Positions 1-17,115 of a DNA stretch of 64,000 nucleotides are shown here, in pieces (within the stretch, counting starts at the first letter, position 1; each line of letters begins with the position of its first letter). Source of the DNA: the human T2T-CHM13v2.0 reference genome, Homo sapiens. The translations under genes and the position numbers were made by a program. The notes beneath the pieces were generated by a model. That model had not been told where the DNA came from. It saw only the letters and a list, made by a program, of their open reading frames with translations, and ran no database searches. The DNA is taken from NCBI RefSeq assembly GCF_009914755.1, contig NC_060926.1. One strand, written 5' to 3'.

Positions 1-99
1 GAGGCGGAGCTTGCAGTGAGTCGAGATCGCGCCACTGCACTCCAGCCTGGGCGACAGAGCAAGACTCCATCTCAAAAAAAAAGAAAAAAAAGAAAGAAA
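1..99 (+). mobile_element. AluY-like 3' end and A-tail (cut by the window edge)
   Basis: gaggcggagcttgcagtgag...gactccatctc followed by poly(A). Confidence 0.9.
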
Positions 100-3041
100 T
101 ACTATGCAGTTGGATGTCTTCCCTCACCCAGTTTAACTGTACAAGGGCAGCACTACTCTAGATCTTCTGAGCACTTGCCTTTTCTATGTGTACTATCTTT
201 ATATTTAATTGTTTTAATATGCCATCATAGGTCATCTTAAGGCAATTTCTAGGCACACTTACATGAAAGAAAAAGGTCACTGGGTGAGGATTGCCAGGTA
301 AAATACTGGACTCCCAGTTAAAGTTGAATCCTAGATAAACAATGAATAATCTTTTTTGTGTATAAGTACATCCCACGAGTCCTGCAATTTTTTTTTACTT
401 TTCATTTTCTAAATCTGGCAACCCCCTTCTGACACTCCGATTCTTCTCTTGTCAATTGAAAGCTAGGGGGCTAGATGATCTGCTAGGTCCTTTCCACCTA
501 TAATATTGAATAACTAGATTTGAATTCATTTAATTTTGAATTAATGGGATCCCATTGACCAATATAAGTTCCTTTTTTCTCTAATCAACCAATTTAGTGT
601 TTCCAAATTCACCACTTTCTGGTTTCCTTTCAAAGTGATTGGCATGTAAGGAAAGGGCCTAAGATTTTTCAGGCTACATGAGTGAGTAAGGCTATGTGAA
701 TGAGTATGCGCATATTATGTGTGCTCTGTCGCTTCAACTGTGAGGCTACATCTCTATTTATTTTGTAACTTCTTCCCTTAGTGTCTACTATTGAATTTTA
801 TGTAAAGATAGAATAAATGTCAATGGCTGATTTGGGGATCATCTGCTTTGAATCAAACTGTACAATACACAAATTAACTAGTCCTACTGGATGTTTAACT
901 TAGATTTTATTAAAATGCGAGTGGGAACGATTAACCTTGGCATAGCTAGTAAATGCAGGAAAATATTTTCATCAATATTAAAGAAGACTCAGGGTGTTTA
1001 AATGTGGGTTAACAACACTGGATCCTTGAGGAACTTTAAAAGAAAAAGAAATACATGGCAAGAAAAGTCTCTAACTTGGCAGTCAGAGCACAGCAAAGTG
1101 GTCAGAGGGCTGACTCATTTAAATACTATTCATAGTCTTTATATTTTTTTAAAAAGTATCCATTTTACAAGCGCTCATGCTTGTGCATAGGCATTTCCTT
1201 GACTAGAGACTCTTGGTAATACTATATTTGGTGGACTCAGACCTTAGAGATTTTAGACAGTGAGCTTCATTATTTATCAAAGCCTCCTTATAGATAGTTA
1301 ATGCCATTGATCAATTCACAAATGAAGGACCAGGAGAGTGTATTCTTAGAGTAAGTTTTCTGTCCTAAATAAAATAAACTATCTATTAGGGAAATTTCTA
1401 AATCACATTATTACTGTTAAAAATGCAACAGGAGTGTGACAGGTGACAAAACTAACCCTATTATATAGGTTATGCATGTAATATGAAGTCATGCCTACAG
1501 TCAAGTTTCATGGACTGTAGTCTACCTATGACATCAGTGAGTCAAGTCAAATCAAATCAAGCCAAGGTCTAATGATAACCAATATACTCACAGCACTTGC
1601 TCAAAAAACCCTGAGCAGGTATTTTAAAATGATAGTTTCAGAATGTTGACGGTAGTGGGAAGCAGTGTCAGAAAGAATATTCTAAAGATAAGCTGGAAGA
1701 TGGGATTTGAGAATCCAAGACGTCAAAGAAGAGACAAATGAAACTATGAGAATAATTATAAATTTACTGCATCTATCTTGGGAAGAGGAGGGTAGAATAA
1801 TCCATCTATTTTATTTGGCTATAGTGATAAGTAGAGGTTTCAATATAAACATTTCTCCTCTGAGCAACTTGAAAGAATGATCCATTTAGTTTTGTATCCC
1901 ATTCCCTGTTCACCCCTGACCCCATCCCCATCACAGACTATCTAGCATTTGTATTTCGTACATCATACACTTGAGTTAATATCTGTGGAAAGGATAAATA
2001 CATAAGGAAAAGAGATGCAGGAAGCTGCAGAGACACTGGCCATTTATCTGAGAAGTGCCCAATGATGCATCACCAGATAAGCACACGTCGGGTCGTTCTC
2101 CTGCTTCAGTAAGGTGGTTCTCCCTTCCTCTCCTCACCTTTCCCCACACTTCCCAATATTGCCCTTCCTTCTTTTGTGTTTGTCTTTCTGTCTGTCATCA
2201 TTGTTACAACATAGAGCTATTTCCACTTGGTGCACTGCTCAACAGCAAAATACTGGCCTTATCTACTAGATGGACTGGAACAAGAGAGTTTCATGGTGTA
2301 TTGTCAAGCTTAAAATAGAGGACAGTTGGGCTAGAATTGACCTTGATAAGCCATTCTCTTAGTTTCATGAAGAACATTTGATTACAAAAATTTCTGAGAA
2401 TAGACTTAGTATACTCCAAAATAAGATCTTATATCTGTGTGCCACAGTTTTGGCATAAATACCCAATTATTCCCTTACAACACTGGAGTAATCCTTTATA
2501 CAAAATCCTACCTACTTCCCAAGAGTGCTTACCATAAAAGGTAAGTGTCTGGATGTGCACATTCATGTTCATAAGTACAAACACAAAATGATAAAAATAA
2601 TGACTTTAGAACAAAAATAATTAGGAGAAAGTAGAGCTATGAGGAAAAAGTATTTTTGAGCATCTTTCTTTAGAAAATTCTGAGCCAAAATAACTTTTTA
2701 CCTTATACCAGTATTGCCACTCTGTGATTATTTTAAAGCTGGAATGGAAAGGAAGTCTGAAGATAAGAAATCCCTTAATTTCATCAATCACAACAAGAGC
2801 CAACTTAGAAGTATGGAATTCTTCCTAATAAACTGTCAACTAGCTGTCAGCAACTAACTACATTTGCTGTGGAATTTGCAGGTCTGTGGCGCTGACATTA
2901 TCAATGCTATGGATGCCTCAAGGCTCTCATAAAAATACCTGGCTTCAGCAATACGCATGCAGTTATCTCAGTTTAAAGGTATTTTGCTATTATTATTTTT
3001 GATGGCTATATAGGGAATGTGTTTAAAAGACATGACTATTT

Positions 3042-3427
<386 letters not shown>

Positions 3428-4061
3428 TCAGCCACCTTAGAGGATGAGAGAGATGGCGGCAGAAAGAGGAGGTAGTTGTTTATGCAAGGATTTTGGCCAG
3501 AATCTACTCAGAGGTGGAGAACTTCTCGTTAAATAATAGAAAGTTTGTAAACAACTATGTACGTTCTATTTTAGAAAAAGAAAAAAATTGGTTAAACCTA
3601 AGTAATCCTGTTTGTTTTTTTATTTGTATAGATTTCCGTTAGCACACAGATGTATCCTTTGGGACTAAAATAAAAGAATTTCAATAGTATAATTTACAGG
3701 CTAAAGCAATCTTTACCTAACAGGCAGGCCATCTCGTCTCTAAATTTGCCTTGAACTACAGAAATTTGCGTCAATTAACTACCATAAGCAACTGTTTGCA
3801 TTTCTTACCATAATTATCACAGTTACTTCAGGATCTGCTTACATTAATGGTCTTTAGACAGCATGGTTGCTGCTGTTATTTCCACTGCCTATTCCCGGGA
3901 CTTTATATATGCCAATAAAAGTCCCAAATTAAATTACCTACAAACAGTTTTGCCTAACTGAATACCACTGAAAGCAAACAAATTTTGCATTATCTTGTTT
4001 AAGCATAAAAAATATTTTTATTCTCTGGAAACCCAAAAAATAGTAACAAAAAATTAGAGGC

Positions 4062-4200
4062 TGCTATGGTATGAATGAGTATGTTCTCCCGAAATTCGTA
4101 TGTTGAACTCCTAACCCCCAAGATGATGGTATTAGGAGGCTTGTTTATAAGCTGGTCAGATTATGGTATTTTGCTATAGCAGCCTGCACAGAGCAAGACA
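4062..4200 (+). mobile_element. MaLR LTR (MLT1A/MST-like), internally deleted
   Basis: 5' end tgctatgg..gaat..aaattcgtatgttgaa joined directly to the 3' end ggtattttgctatagcagcc...aagaca. Confidence 0.65.
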
Positions 4201-4548
4201 GATACTTACACACTGTTTGTGGTGAAAGAAAAGTGTTGACAGCCCTCCAGCTAGATCATCCTCATAGGCATAAGGTAACCAATCCAGACATGACACATTA
4301 GATCTAGTTATGCAAGCTCGGAACTGAAAAAGAGATTTTCTTGTGCAATGCTGAAGTATCATTAAATAATATCAAAAAATAAGTTTCAACTTTACTACAC
4401 TTGGACTATGCCCTTTCCTCTGCTCAGTCAATAGTTGATTTTTCTATTCCATGCTTATATACACTGATAAGCGAATTATGTTTAGAAATTGTTTTGATTG
4501 TTTATTCAGCCAAGTTATCTACCTATTTAGAAATAAACAAAGACTTAC

Positions 4549-4624
4549 TGTGCAGCCAGACTGCTTGGAGATAAGGTCTGTCCATCATCCTCATTCCACA
4601 CATGCGTTATATTATCGGAGTCAC
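4549..4624 (-). CDS. ABCA12: ABCA12 exon 9 (76 nt), DSDNITHVWNEDDGQTLSPSSLAA(Q)
   Basis: Acceptor cttcag|GT, donor CA|gtaagt. Confidence 0.95.
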
Positions 4625-4655
4625 CTGAAGTAATAATTTTTATATAGGTAAACAT
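4625..4655 (-). CDS. ABCA12: Alternative N-terminus of the short ABCA12 isoform (MFTYIKIITSG), an intron-8 extension of exon 9
   Basis: ATG at 4655 reads in frame into exon 9 with no stop; matches my recollection of the isoform b/2 N-terminus. Confidence 0.75.
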
Positions 4656-6386
4656 TTAACATGTTTGCTTAAAGATTTTTTTCCTCAGTGAAAACCATCC
4701 CAGGTCAAATTAATGAGGAGAAAATGCAGAAATCTGCAGAATCATTCTCAAAAGAATTGTATAAAAGACATCTATGCTCTTTTGTTGGAAATATTTGTGA
4801 TATTTATAGGAAATAGATGCCTACTGATCAAAATAATCCCGATGGTCAAGCATATGCATTTCTAACAAGTTCTTTGTCTGTGCATCAAGCCACTACATTA
4901 TTTTATCCCAGGACCTGCATATGCAGATGACTGCTAAGTACTATAATGAAGATTGACTACCACGTGATTTGTTAATCAAATGAAGCCAATTTTAGTCTTA
5001 TGGGTCACTGGATTTTTTTTTTTTTTTGCCTTCAGTTGTCTAGAATGTAGCCTCAGGAAACATCTGCCATCACTAATCTATATTTTCTATCTTTCAAAAA
5101 GCAGCCACTAATCTCAATTGAATGCAGCTGTGAATGCAAATTGACTGATGTTAACAGAACTGTTCTGAGAGTTCTCAAATAATATGAGGGTGCATAGTGT
5201 GGAAGGCAGTCACTAAGTTTGGTCTAATGGAAACCACATACGAAGATCTAATTCAACACCATGAGTTACCCCCAGAAGTTAAACAGGTCCCTAATTCAGC
5301 CTGCTGCATAAGGTTGTATCATAAAAGAGTAAGTGTGCAACAGCATTCACATAAAAATTGAAAATGAAAATGCTTTAAATGGCCCCTGCATAAATAAAAA
5401 CATCATAAATCCAATACTTTAATTCAGCTCCTTTAGGGAAATGATATCACTTATTTCCCTTCTCTTCAGACTCTACTCATTCCTTATAAATAATCCAGTA
5501 TGTCTCAATGCTGTCATTTTTAACATTGGCCTAATCATTTTCAATGGGATATTTTATTACCAGCTTCAATAGTTCTTGTATTGTCTCTAGTTAGTGCAAC
5601 CTAAAGCCTTCTAAAAAGGTACTAGCACAAAACTATGCAATCACCCATTTTTTTGCTGGTCCTGATTATTAACTTTATTTAAATTAGTATGTGTGTAAAA
5701 AGACTATCCCAGAATTAAAAATCTCCTTGTCTGTCACCTGTATCAGTCATGTTTAAGTAACGTTTGTACAGCCCCTGCTATCTGGCAGAGTGGCTGTCTC
5801 AGGTTTTTCTGTTCAGCAGAGTAGAGTTTTTCTGTGCTCTGTTCACAATGCAGCTGAATATTATTGCTCTAATAACAGTAATGCATCAGTGAGTTAAAGG
5901 GCCAAGAATGAATGGGATGCCCAGAATAAACAAACCTAATTAACAATAGTAATACCTATTATGTATTGGCATCTATATATAGAATAACTATAGATTCAAA
6001 AACCTGTTGAGATTTATGCCTTTGCAATGTAAAGGTATATAAAACTCTTTTTCTAAGATCAAATTTTGCTCACTTTGAACTCCTATGTGATGCTCAGCAA
6101 GCTAATTGGTATTTGTAATACTATGTGGTTATAGAGTTTCTCTTTTTTGTCAAGCCATTAAAATAAGTAACTAATAGAAAATTAACTTTATATTATCAAT
6201 GACAGACTTGACCCTGAAGTTAAATAAAGACTCTTCCCTTTGGTCACTAAGGACTATAAAGTATATTGAAAGAAATACTATACTAAACAGTCCTTAATGA
6301 AATAGAAAATGTTACAGACCCTTAAAAACTGAGATTTTACTTCTTTTTTATTTGTAAGATTAGGCATACTTAAAATTGTATTCATA

Positions 6387-6725
<339 letters not shown>

Positions 6726-7342
6726 AAAATTGTATTCACAGACACAGAAATATGGTGCATAGATAACCTCTTTTTATCAGTAAGGATTTCTATCCTAAAT
6801 TACATCCTAAAAATGTAATTTTATATAATGTACTATTTTGCAAAAGAGCAAATTCCAGTGAGTCACAAACATAATCTCTGCTCCCAAAACTCAGTATTTA
6901 TAAATGGACCTACTATGGAGTGTATTAACTGTGTAGCAAGGATCCTAGCTGGAGCCGAGCTGAGAATTAGGTATCTTGAGATAGGAAGTTAGGAGGCAAC
7001 TTTCTTCCCAGGTGTTTATTAGCAGCTCTCTATTTTCACGGTTGCTAAGGAGGCTCCTGAAGAAATCTTGAAGTGTGCTCATACGTCAGGGTGGATCAGA
7101 GATAAACATGGTGTGAGGAAAGTGGGTAGAAATCAGAGTGTGGAGAGGAATGGGGGAAGGCAGTGGAAAAAATGTAGCATATGGCTTCCCACAGAATAAG
7201 TGTGGATGGGGAGCCAAGCTCCATCAGTGACTAAAAGTGTGGGCTCTTCTGAGGTTAAGCAGGTACTTGCATGTCCCAGTGAGATACCTCAGAAGCAAGT
7301 ATGTCCCAGAAGGTAAATGTTTAAGTGAGGTTGTTCATAAAA

Positions 7343-7560
7343 GAGCTCCTGGGGCCTAGATTTGGAGATACACAGATCCAAGTTCTAATCTCAGTTTGGC
7401 CACTTACTGGATGAGTAACACAGGCCAAGCACCCAGCCTCCTTAAGCTTCTGTTTCTTTGTCTATAAAATGGGATAATAACTGTATCTCACAGAGTTATT
7501 TAGATGATAAAATGAATTTCAGATACTAAAGTACTGAGCATTGATACAATAAATATTACC
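7343..7560 (+). mobile_element. MIR
   Basis: Core ccacttact...tctgtttctttgtctataaaatgggataata...ctcacagagtt. Confidence 0.7.
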
Positions 7561-8114
7561 TATTGTGTTCTTTACTTGAAAGAGTGGTATGAAGCCTACA
7601 AACCTATCTTAACCATTATATTAGAGAGAATCCAAGCAACTCTGCTATGAGATACCACCCCACTCCAGCATAACAGAGTAAAAAACCAAGGGAGAAAGGA
7701 TGTTCATTTTCAAAAATACTGCTGAACACTGTGAAGACTAAGAATGAGGTGGCCTGGGTTACGGGGCAGGTATCTGTACTTGGACCAGAGACCCCAGTGC
7801 TGTTGAACTGTAGTCACTAGTTCTGCCTTCAATGACAAGTTTAAGTTCCCTGAAAGTTTCCTAGAAATACTTAGGAGGGTTTTCAAAGTCTACAAAATTT
7901 CTGCTCAAACAGGTAGGGTTTTGAAGTTAGTAACTTTTAGGAATTGACATTAATACATCTGCATTGATATTCTTGGCTTGATGAACTCACAGTGCAGGAA
8001 ATTTAAAAAGAAACAAAAGGTAAGTGTATCAAATTTTATGAATAAAAATACATTTCCTTGGTGTATGTCCTTGTCTTCTTGACCATCCAATGACGTGTTT
8101 TAAGACTTGCCAAA

Positions 8115-8412
8115 AGCCAGACGTGGTGGCTCATGCCTGTAATCCCAGCACTTTGGGAGGCTGAGGTGGGTGGATCACGAGGTCAGGAGTTCAAGACCAG
8201 CCTGTTCAAGATGGTGAAACCCCATCTCTACTAAAAATACAAAAAAGTAGCCGGGCGTGGTAGGCGCCTGTAATCCCAGCTACTCGGGAGGCTGAGGCAG
8301 AGAATTGCTTGAACCTGGGAAGCGGAGGTTACGGTGAGCCGAGATCGCGCCACTGCACTCCAGCCTAGGCAATAGAGCGAGACTCCATCTCAAAAAAAAA
8401 AAAAAAAAAAAA
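8115..8412 (+). mobile_element. AluS (Sg-like) with TSD
   Basis: TSD aagacttgccaaaa at 8102-8115 and 8411-8424. Confidence 0.92.
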
Positions 8413-9679
8413 GACTTGCCAAAATGATTAGCACAGTCATAGACATAAGACATGGTCACGGTTAAATATTGAAAACTGAATTACATTTTTCACCAGGAAA
8501 TGGGTTCTGCTCCCTGCTTAATAAGAAATCCTGCTTACTTCTCCAGCTTTTGAAGCACAGGTGAGCTTTGTACTTAAAATTTTTAAAAATGTAACTTTAT
8601 TACTTTACTTTATATTAATTATAAAGGATGAGTCTGAAGATAAAAAGGAAAGGGTAATAAGGAGAACCATTAAGTTCTTAAGCCTTTAAAATGCAAATAT
8701 GAAAAGAAAACAGAGGAAATAATTATGTTTGTTAGCACATTGTCTGGTTTTCTAGCCTAAACTTTTTTTTTAAGAGTAATCCTGTTTTTCTAATGGACGT
8801 CAAGACCATCAAATTTAATAACAGTCAATCCTGCAAGCTAACCATCAATTCTGAAACTGTAGATATAAAAAATGCTCTAGACTAACAGAAAATGGCATCC
8901 AAGAGTATTGTTGGACCCTCCAGTGAGAATTCTTCAAAGCCTTCACAGGCATGCTTTCTTTTTATATGAAAATTGATATTTCAATACTATGTAATGAACA
9001 ATCAGATTTTGACCTGATGATCTCAGGATGCTTATTTTGTAATCTAAAGGTAAAAGTTGAAATATGTAAAAGCTGACAAACTCAGCTGAGAAAGCATAAT
9101 TCTAAATTTATTCACCAGAGATAAATTGTTAACCAAACTTGACAAGTAGGGATTTATTCCTTACATCTCCAAACCTTTGTCTGTATGTGTCTGTGTGTAT
9201 GTAGCTGTATGTCTCCATGTGAGTGTAGACAGTACCATTCTAGATATGCCAAAGGGACATTTTGTGACTCACTACCAACATGTTATACCTTGTCTTACTG
9301 GAAAATCAAAATTTGAAAATGAATTTTAAAATACTGCAATTCACTTTAGGCATTTGTTTCAAATAATAAGGTAGAAATCGATTTGTTGAGGCATAGTCCC
9401 TGATTTTTTTTTTCTATACCAAGTATAAACATAGTTTTACAAGCTAACAGAGATCATTTTCACCTAACTAAAAACCCTAGAAAGCCACAGTTCCCTCTTC
9501 TTGGCCATTTCTCCCTTTCTCCACACTTTGATTAACTCGAGATCCAGATTTATTCATAGCATATGTCCCCACCTAAGAATAATATCATCTCTACATGATT
9601 ACTTTCATTGCACTCTGCTTTATATTTCCAATGGGCTTTGTGACACTGAATTTAACACAGTAAGATGGAAATATAATAC

Positions 9680-9792
9680 CTTGAGCTGGGGAGTCCAGAG
9701 TGTACAGCAGATGTTTAACAGACTTCTGGAGGGTTCTGAAACCTTCGTTAGTTGCAAAACGTGGATAAACCTTCTGCACAACCAGCAGCACA
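9680..9792 (-). CDS. ABCA12: ABCA12 exon 8 (113 nt), VLLVVQKVYPRFATNEGFRTLQKSVKHLLYTLDSPAQ(G)
   Basis: Acceptor ctccttag|T, donor G|gtatta; lies largely inside ORF 9591..9791. Confidence 0.95.
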
Positions 9793-10989
9793 CTAAGGAG
9801 TCAAAAAGCAATTAAACCAGATTCTGTTTCAAGGTTTGCAGACAGAAACAAAAGATTATTCAAGGAGAAAATGGCTACAGTATAAATTATTCTTATAATA
9901 TAAAAGACAAGATGCTACTTTTTGTAATTTAATTACTTGTTTGTCTGTTCATGCACAAAATCTCAACAAAATATTCTTAACCAGACAGAGCAGTTTATGT
10001 TTCTAGGTTTCTAAAACATCAGGAATCACCAGCCTTAAAGTAATGGAGCAAGGTTCCCATCAATTTTTTTCTAAGACTTAGAAATAAGTAGTTAGGAAAA
10101 GCAACTTTCAATTAAAGAATACATCTTTTTTTAGCTAAAAAGAAAAATTAAATATTAGAAAGTATTTTCATTAAAAACCAAACCCAAATAAAGGATCTAG
10201 TTTCAGGAATAATTATTATTTAAGCATTTATAATATTTATCTTTTGCTAAACAGATAGTAATGTTTTTGAAGAAGAAAATGGAGCTTGCCCTAATTAAAG
10301 ACTATATTCTATCTTCTAAGTGGTCTATAGGCACTATTCCAGAGGTAGTTCAAAATTAATATCCATACTCTGTTTCTATAGCTTTTATGTTACCGATAAG
10401 ATGGGCAGTCTACACTGGGGATAGAAAATCAGAAAATTCAGTTATGCTTGAGTTCATCCTGTATTTGGAAAACGCAATTAGTTTCTCAAAACATGTCTTT
10501 TAGTTCCTTTATAGCCATTAGTGCATTTTAAAGAAATATTGTTATTGCACATGCATTTCTACATTATATAAGTACTGTGATTTGTATCAACAGTTGAGTC
10601 AATGCTTTAGTTAAGTAGTAGGCTTTTGTTAAAAATTTGACATTGTGAAGTTAAATGTAGTACAAATTAGCTAATAGTAATTTTTCCCTATCTAGTTTCT
10701 TAGTAAACTCAATGTGTATTCCAGCAATAGATAGTATTTGTGTACACTTTCATGGCATTCTATAATGTTTTTGGAATTTTTGAAATTTAGATTAAGATGA
10801 TGTTAATTTTAGTCCCCTAGATATGAATGATAGCTGTTTAGAGAACTAAATTTTAGGTGCCATCTGGGTAGTTCCTAGTATAAAATAAGGATATACATGT
10901 GGATATGTGTGTATGTTTATAAACATACATAAAAATATATGCATATATATTTTCTAACATTTAGTTTTCTAATAATTCTATAAAATCTA

Positions 10990-11130
10990 TTTATTTGTCC
11001 AGTTTTGCAGATGGGAAAACTAAAGTTGAAAAAAGTTAAGTAACTAAATAACACAAGGTTATTTAGTTAATAATAAGTACAGCTGGGGTCTCTCTATTTC
11101 AAAGTTTATGTTCTATCCACTCTATATGTT
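10990..11130 (-). mobile_element. MIR fragment
   Basis: ccagttttgcagatgggaaaactaaag...gttaagtaact...caagg. Confidence 0.55.
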
Positions 11131-11707
11131 GCCTCTAGCACAAAAGCTTTGCTTCAACATGGTGGGGAGGAGGAGGGCAGAACATTTCTGCACAGAGCCC
11201 ACAGGCATTTTTAATTTGTCACCCAGCTGTGTTCCGAACAGTTGGCCACAGAGGCATGGCTGTATTTTTCTCATCTCTGCTCTGTATACATGACTGGTGA
11301 CACCTCAGGCATTTTTATGTTTGCCCCAAGAATCTCCTGGTTCTCAGGTGTTGGGTTACTTCCAAACCCTAGCAACCATGGAGATCAGTTAGACTGTCTC
11401 AGGGCGTAAATCTTGGTCGGCCTTCAAGCCTGACCCTCTGCCTAACTCACCTGACCTATTGTCCCAAAGTAACATCTTCAAAGACTGAACATTTGACAAT
11501 CTCATTAAATCTTTCAGCATTATTATCATTAACATTATTAATTAAATGTCAGTAGACTTCATTCATCTTTATCTAACAAAATGTAACTGAATAAATAATG
11601 ACACCTGGGCTTCCATCTTCTCTGAAATCCTTTACACCATTGATACTTGATATTTATTTTACTTCATAGATTATTTTTCTTCTCTTCATCATATAAAAAT
11701 GGAAATT

Positions 11708-11746
11708 ATCAAAACAAAACATCATCAAAACAAAACATCATCAAAA
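11708..11746. repeat. 16-bp tandem repeat, about 2.4 copies (atcaaaacaaaacatc)
   Basis: Read directly from the sequence. Confidence 0.85.
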
Positions 11747-12149
11747 ACAGGTTGCTCTCTGAGTAAAGGTAATTTTTAAAAAGAGTTTTTGTGATTTATG
11801 TCTCAGCATAGCCTTCATCTCAGTAAGGCAACAATCCTGTGTGTCCTTTCATATGCTTTTCTCAACTTTTGAGATTGCTGATTTCTGCTTATTACTGTCT
11901 TAACTTTAACATTATATAATCTGATTTCGGTGGTTGGTTTATATACAACATACAATGTAAAAAAATGCTGGAGAAATAACAAAAATTCCTGTGGGGTCCA
12001 TTTGTCTCTATTACTTGTTCAACAAAGATTAAGATAAACCAATGAGACCATAATGTTGTGATAAAATACAGTCATTTGTGAGAAAATTATGGCTTTTAGT
12101 GACACTGTCAGCTTTATCATAATAATAAACAGCTGACTTTAAAAAGTCC

Positions 12150-12920
<771 letters not shown>

Positions 12921-13129
12921 ATCAAGTATTACTGGACCACTAAAAAAAGAGTTGTTCTGACTAAATAAAAGTCAGATGCTATTCTATCAAAAAGGCAAAC
13001 TATACAATGGTAGAAAATATTTGGAAACCATTTATCTGATAAACAGTTAATTTCCAAAATATAAAGAAAACATATAAATAGCCAATAGACATATGAAAAA
13101 ATGTTCAATCATCAGAGAAATGCAAATCA

Positions 13130-13651
<522 letters not shown>

Positions 13652-13998
13652 TTACATACATATATGTGTACCATGATGGTTTGCTGCACCTACTAAGCCG
13701 TGCAACCTGCAGGCCAAATCCAGCCCTAAGGCCTGTTTATGTAAATAAAAGTATATTAAATACAAAAAATTTGTTAAGCTAGTAGATTTCAAGTGTTCTC
13801 ACCACAAAAAAATAAGTATATGAAGGAAATGTATATGTTAAATAGCTTGATTTAGCCATTCCACAATGTAGATATATATTACAACATGTGGTATGCCATA
13901 AATATATACAATTTTTGTCAGTTAAAAATAAATAAAAAGAAATACTGCTGAATTAAAGAAAATTGAAGATAAAAAATTTACCAAAAGAATACAAAATA

Positions 13999-14344
<346 letters not shown>

Positions 14345-14967
14345 TTACAAATAGACTATCATATATGATCCAGCAATCTCACATCTGGATTCTTATCCAA
14401 AAGAATTGAAATTAGAATAATGAAGAGATAGTAGTATTGCTGTGTTCATTGCAGCACTATTCACAATAGTCAAAATGTGGAGATAACCTAAATGTCCATC
14501 AACAAATAAATGAATAAGAAAACGTGCTATATAAACACAATGAATACTATTCAGACTTAAAAAAGAATGCATTTTGAAATATGCAACAACATGGATGAAC
14601 CCTGAAGACATGATGTGAAATGATAATGCATAACCACTTAAGCCAGTCACACAAAGCAAAATACTACAAAATTTCTTGTATGGGAAGTATCTAAAATAGT
14701 TAAATTCCTAGAATCAAAGAGTCAAGTGATGGTTTCTAGGGTCTGATTAGAAAGGGAAATGGGAGTTGGTAATGAACAGGCATGGAGTTTCAGTTAAGCA
14801 AGATGAATAAGCTCTAGAGATCTGCTGTACAGCATTGTACCTATAGCTTACAATTTAAAAATGTGTTAAAAGGGCAGAGCTCATGTTAAGTGTTCTTATG
14901 AATATAAAATAATTTTTAAGTCAAATGTCATTTGCTTCATAATAATTTGAAACTATTTCTCTTTAGG

Positions 14968-15273
<306 letters not shown>

Positions 15274-15279
15274 TCTTGT

Positions 15280-16020
15280 AAGTTTTATTTTATTTTTAAT
15301 TGACACATAATTGTTCATATTTATAGAGTACAGTGTGATAATTTGGTACATGTATACAATGTGTAAAGCTCAAATTAGTATAATTAATGTATCCATTGCC
15401 TCAAACGTTTATTATTTGTTTATCATGAGGACATCTGAAATCTTCTTTTACCGTTATTTTGAAATATACAATGGATTACTATTAACTGCAATCACCCTAC
15501 TGTGCAATAGAACAGTAAAATTTATTCCTCCTATCTAATTGTAACTTTCTACCCCTTGATCAACCTTCCCTCATCCTCCCCTTTCACCCAACCTCTGGTA
15601 ATCATTATTCTACATTCTACTATGAGATCAACTTTTTTAGGATCCACATAAAAATGAGATTATGTAGTATTTGTCTTTCTGTGCATGGCTGTTTTAATTT
15701 GTTGAGGAACCTCCATATTATTTTCCACAATGGCCATTCTACTTTACATTCCCACCAAGAGTGTGCAAGAGTTTCCCTTTCTCTGTATCCCTGCCAGCAT
15801 CTGTTATTGTTTTTGTCTTTTTGGTAATAGCCATTCTAACTGCAGTTAGATGATATCTCATTATAGTTTTGATTTTCATTTCCCTGATGATGAGTGATGT
15901 TGAGCATTTTAAAAATACACGTGTTGGCCATTTATATGTGTTATTTTGAGAAATATCTATTCAGATCTTTTGTCCATTTTAAATTGCATTATTTGTTTTT
16001 TTGCTACTAAGGTGCTTGAG
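15280..16020 (-). mobile_element. L1MA-like 3' end
   Basis: ttttaattgacacataattg..catattt...tttacattcccaccaa...gccattctaac. Confidence 0.8.
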
Positions 16021-16324
16021 TTGAAGCCATTTATTAATAAGCTATTTTCATTATTATGCAGACTCTTTTACATATATAATCATTACTTGACAACATACTC
16101 TACTGCATAGTGCCAAAATATGCAATAATTTTATTTTAAAATTTAAAGGGAATTAAAATAGCTGCAGAACTTGGATCAGAGGTTGTTGTTAAAATAGCCA
16201 CAGCACAATGTTTTTGCCAGTGTAATTTGCTCCGCCAAAATAATGCCTAGAGTATTTTTAGATCTTCTGTCTTTTAGTAAATATTATTTTGTGGAATTTT
16301 TGTTGTTGTTGTTGTTGTTGTTGA

Positions 16325-17115
16325 TTTTTTAATCAAATTTCATTGAGGTATAATTTAAATACAATAAGATGCACCTATATTAGGTGTACAATTAAATGAG
16401 TTTTTTTTAAGTTGTAAAGTGATCATTTTAATTGTATAAACTTACGGGGTACAAAGTGAAGTTATAAGTTTTGACAAATACACATACATGTAACCACCAT
16501 GCCAATTAAGATACAAACATTTCAATCACCCCAGAAAATTTTTCTCATGCAATTGCTCCTGAATCCACTGATCTGATTTCTAACATTATAGATTAATTGT
16601 GTCAATTCTAGAACCTTCTATAAATAGGATGATAACGCTATCTACATACACAGTATATATTTTTTGTTTTGATGTTTTTGCCAGCATAATATTAATGAGA
16701 CTTATTTACCTTGTATGACTCAATAATCTGCTTATTTTTATTGTTGTGTTGTATTTTAATATATGAATAAACCACAATTTGTTTTGCCATTTTTTTATAG
16801 AGATTTGATTACCTGGCTCCACTTTTAGCTATTATCAAGAAATAAACATCAGCATACAAGTCTTCATATAGGTGTATATTTTCATTTTCTTGGATAAATA
16901 CCCAAGAGTAGAATGCAGCCTCATACGGATCTACTGTTTTACTTCATTAGAAGCTGTCACACTATTTTCCAAATGACTGTGTTGTTTCCCATGCTAACTT
17001 GTAATATATGACCGCTTCAGTTGCTCTATGTTCTTGCTAACACTTGGAATTATCCATCTTTTAACATTTAACCCATTCCAGTGAGTGTGTAGTGATATCT
17101 TATTTGGGGTCTGAA
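16325..17115 (-). mobile_element. L1MB/ME-like 3' end
   Basis: attgaggtataattta...gacaaat..catgtaaccacc...ttggataaatacccaagagtagaat. Confidence 0.7.

Noticed and set aside
1495-1520. 8-bp stem ctacagtc...gactgtag
   Set aside because: Short enough to occur by chance in 64 kb.
11708-11746. Short direct repeats (also near 53230 and 58035) as a possible CRISPR-like or functional array
   Set aside because: Only 2-3 adjacent copies with no spacers; simple slippage duplications in eukaryotic DNA.
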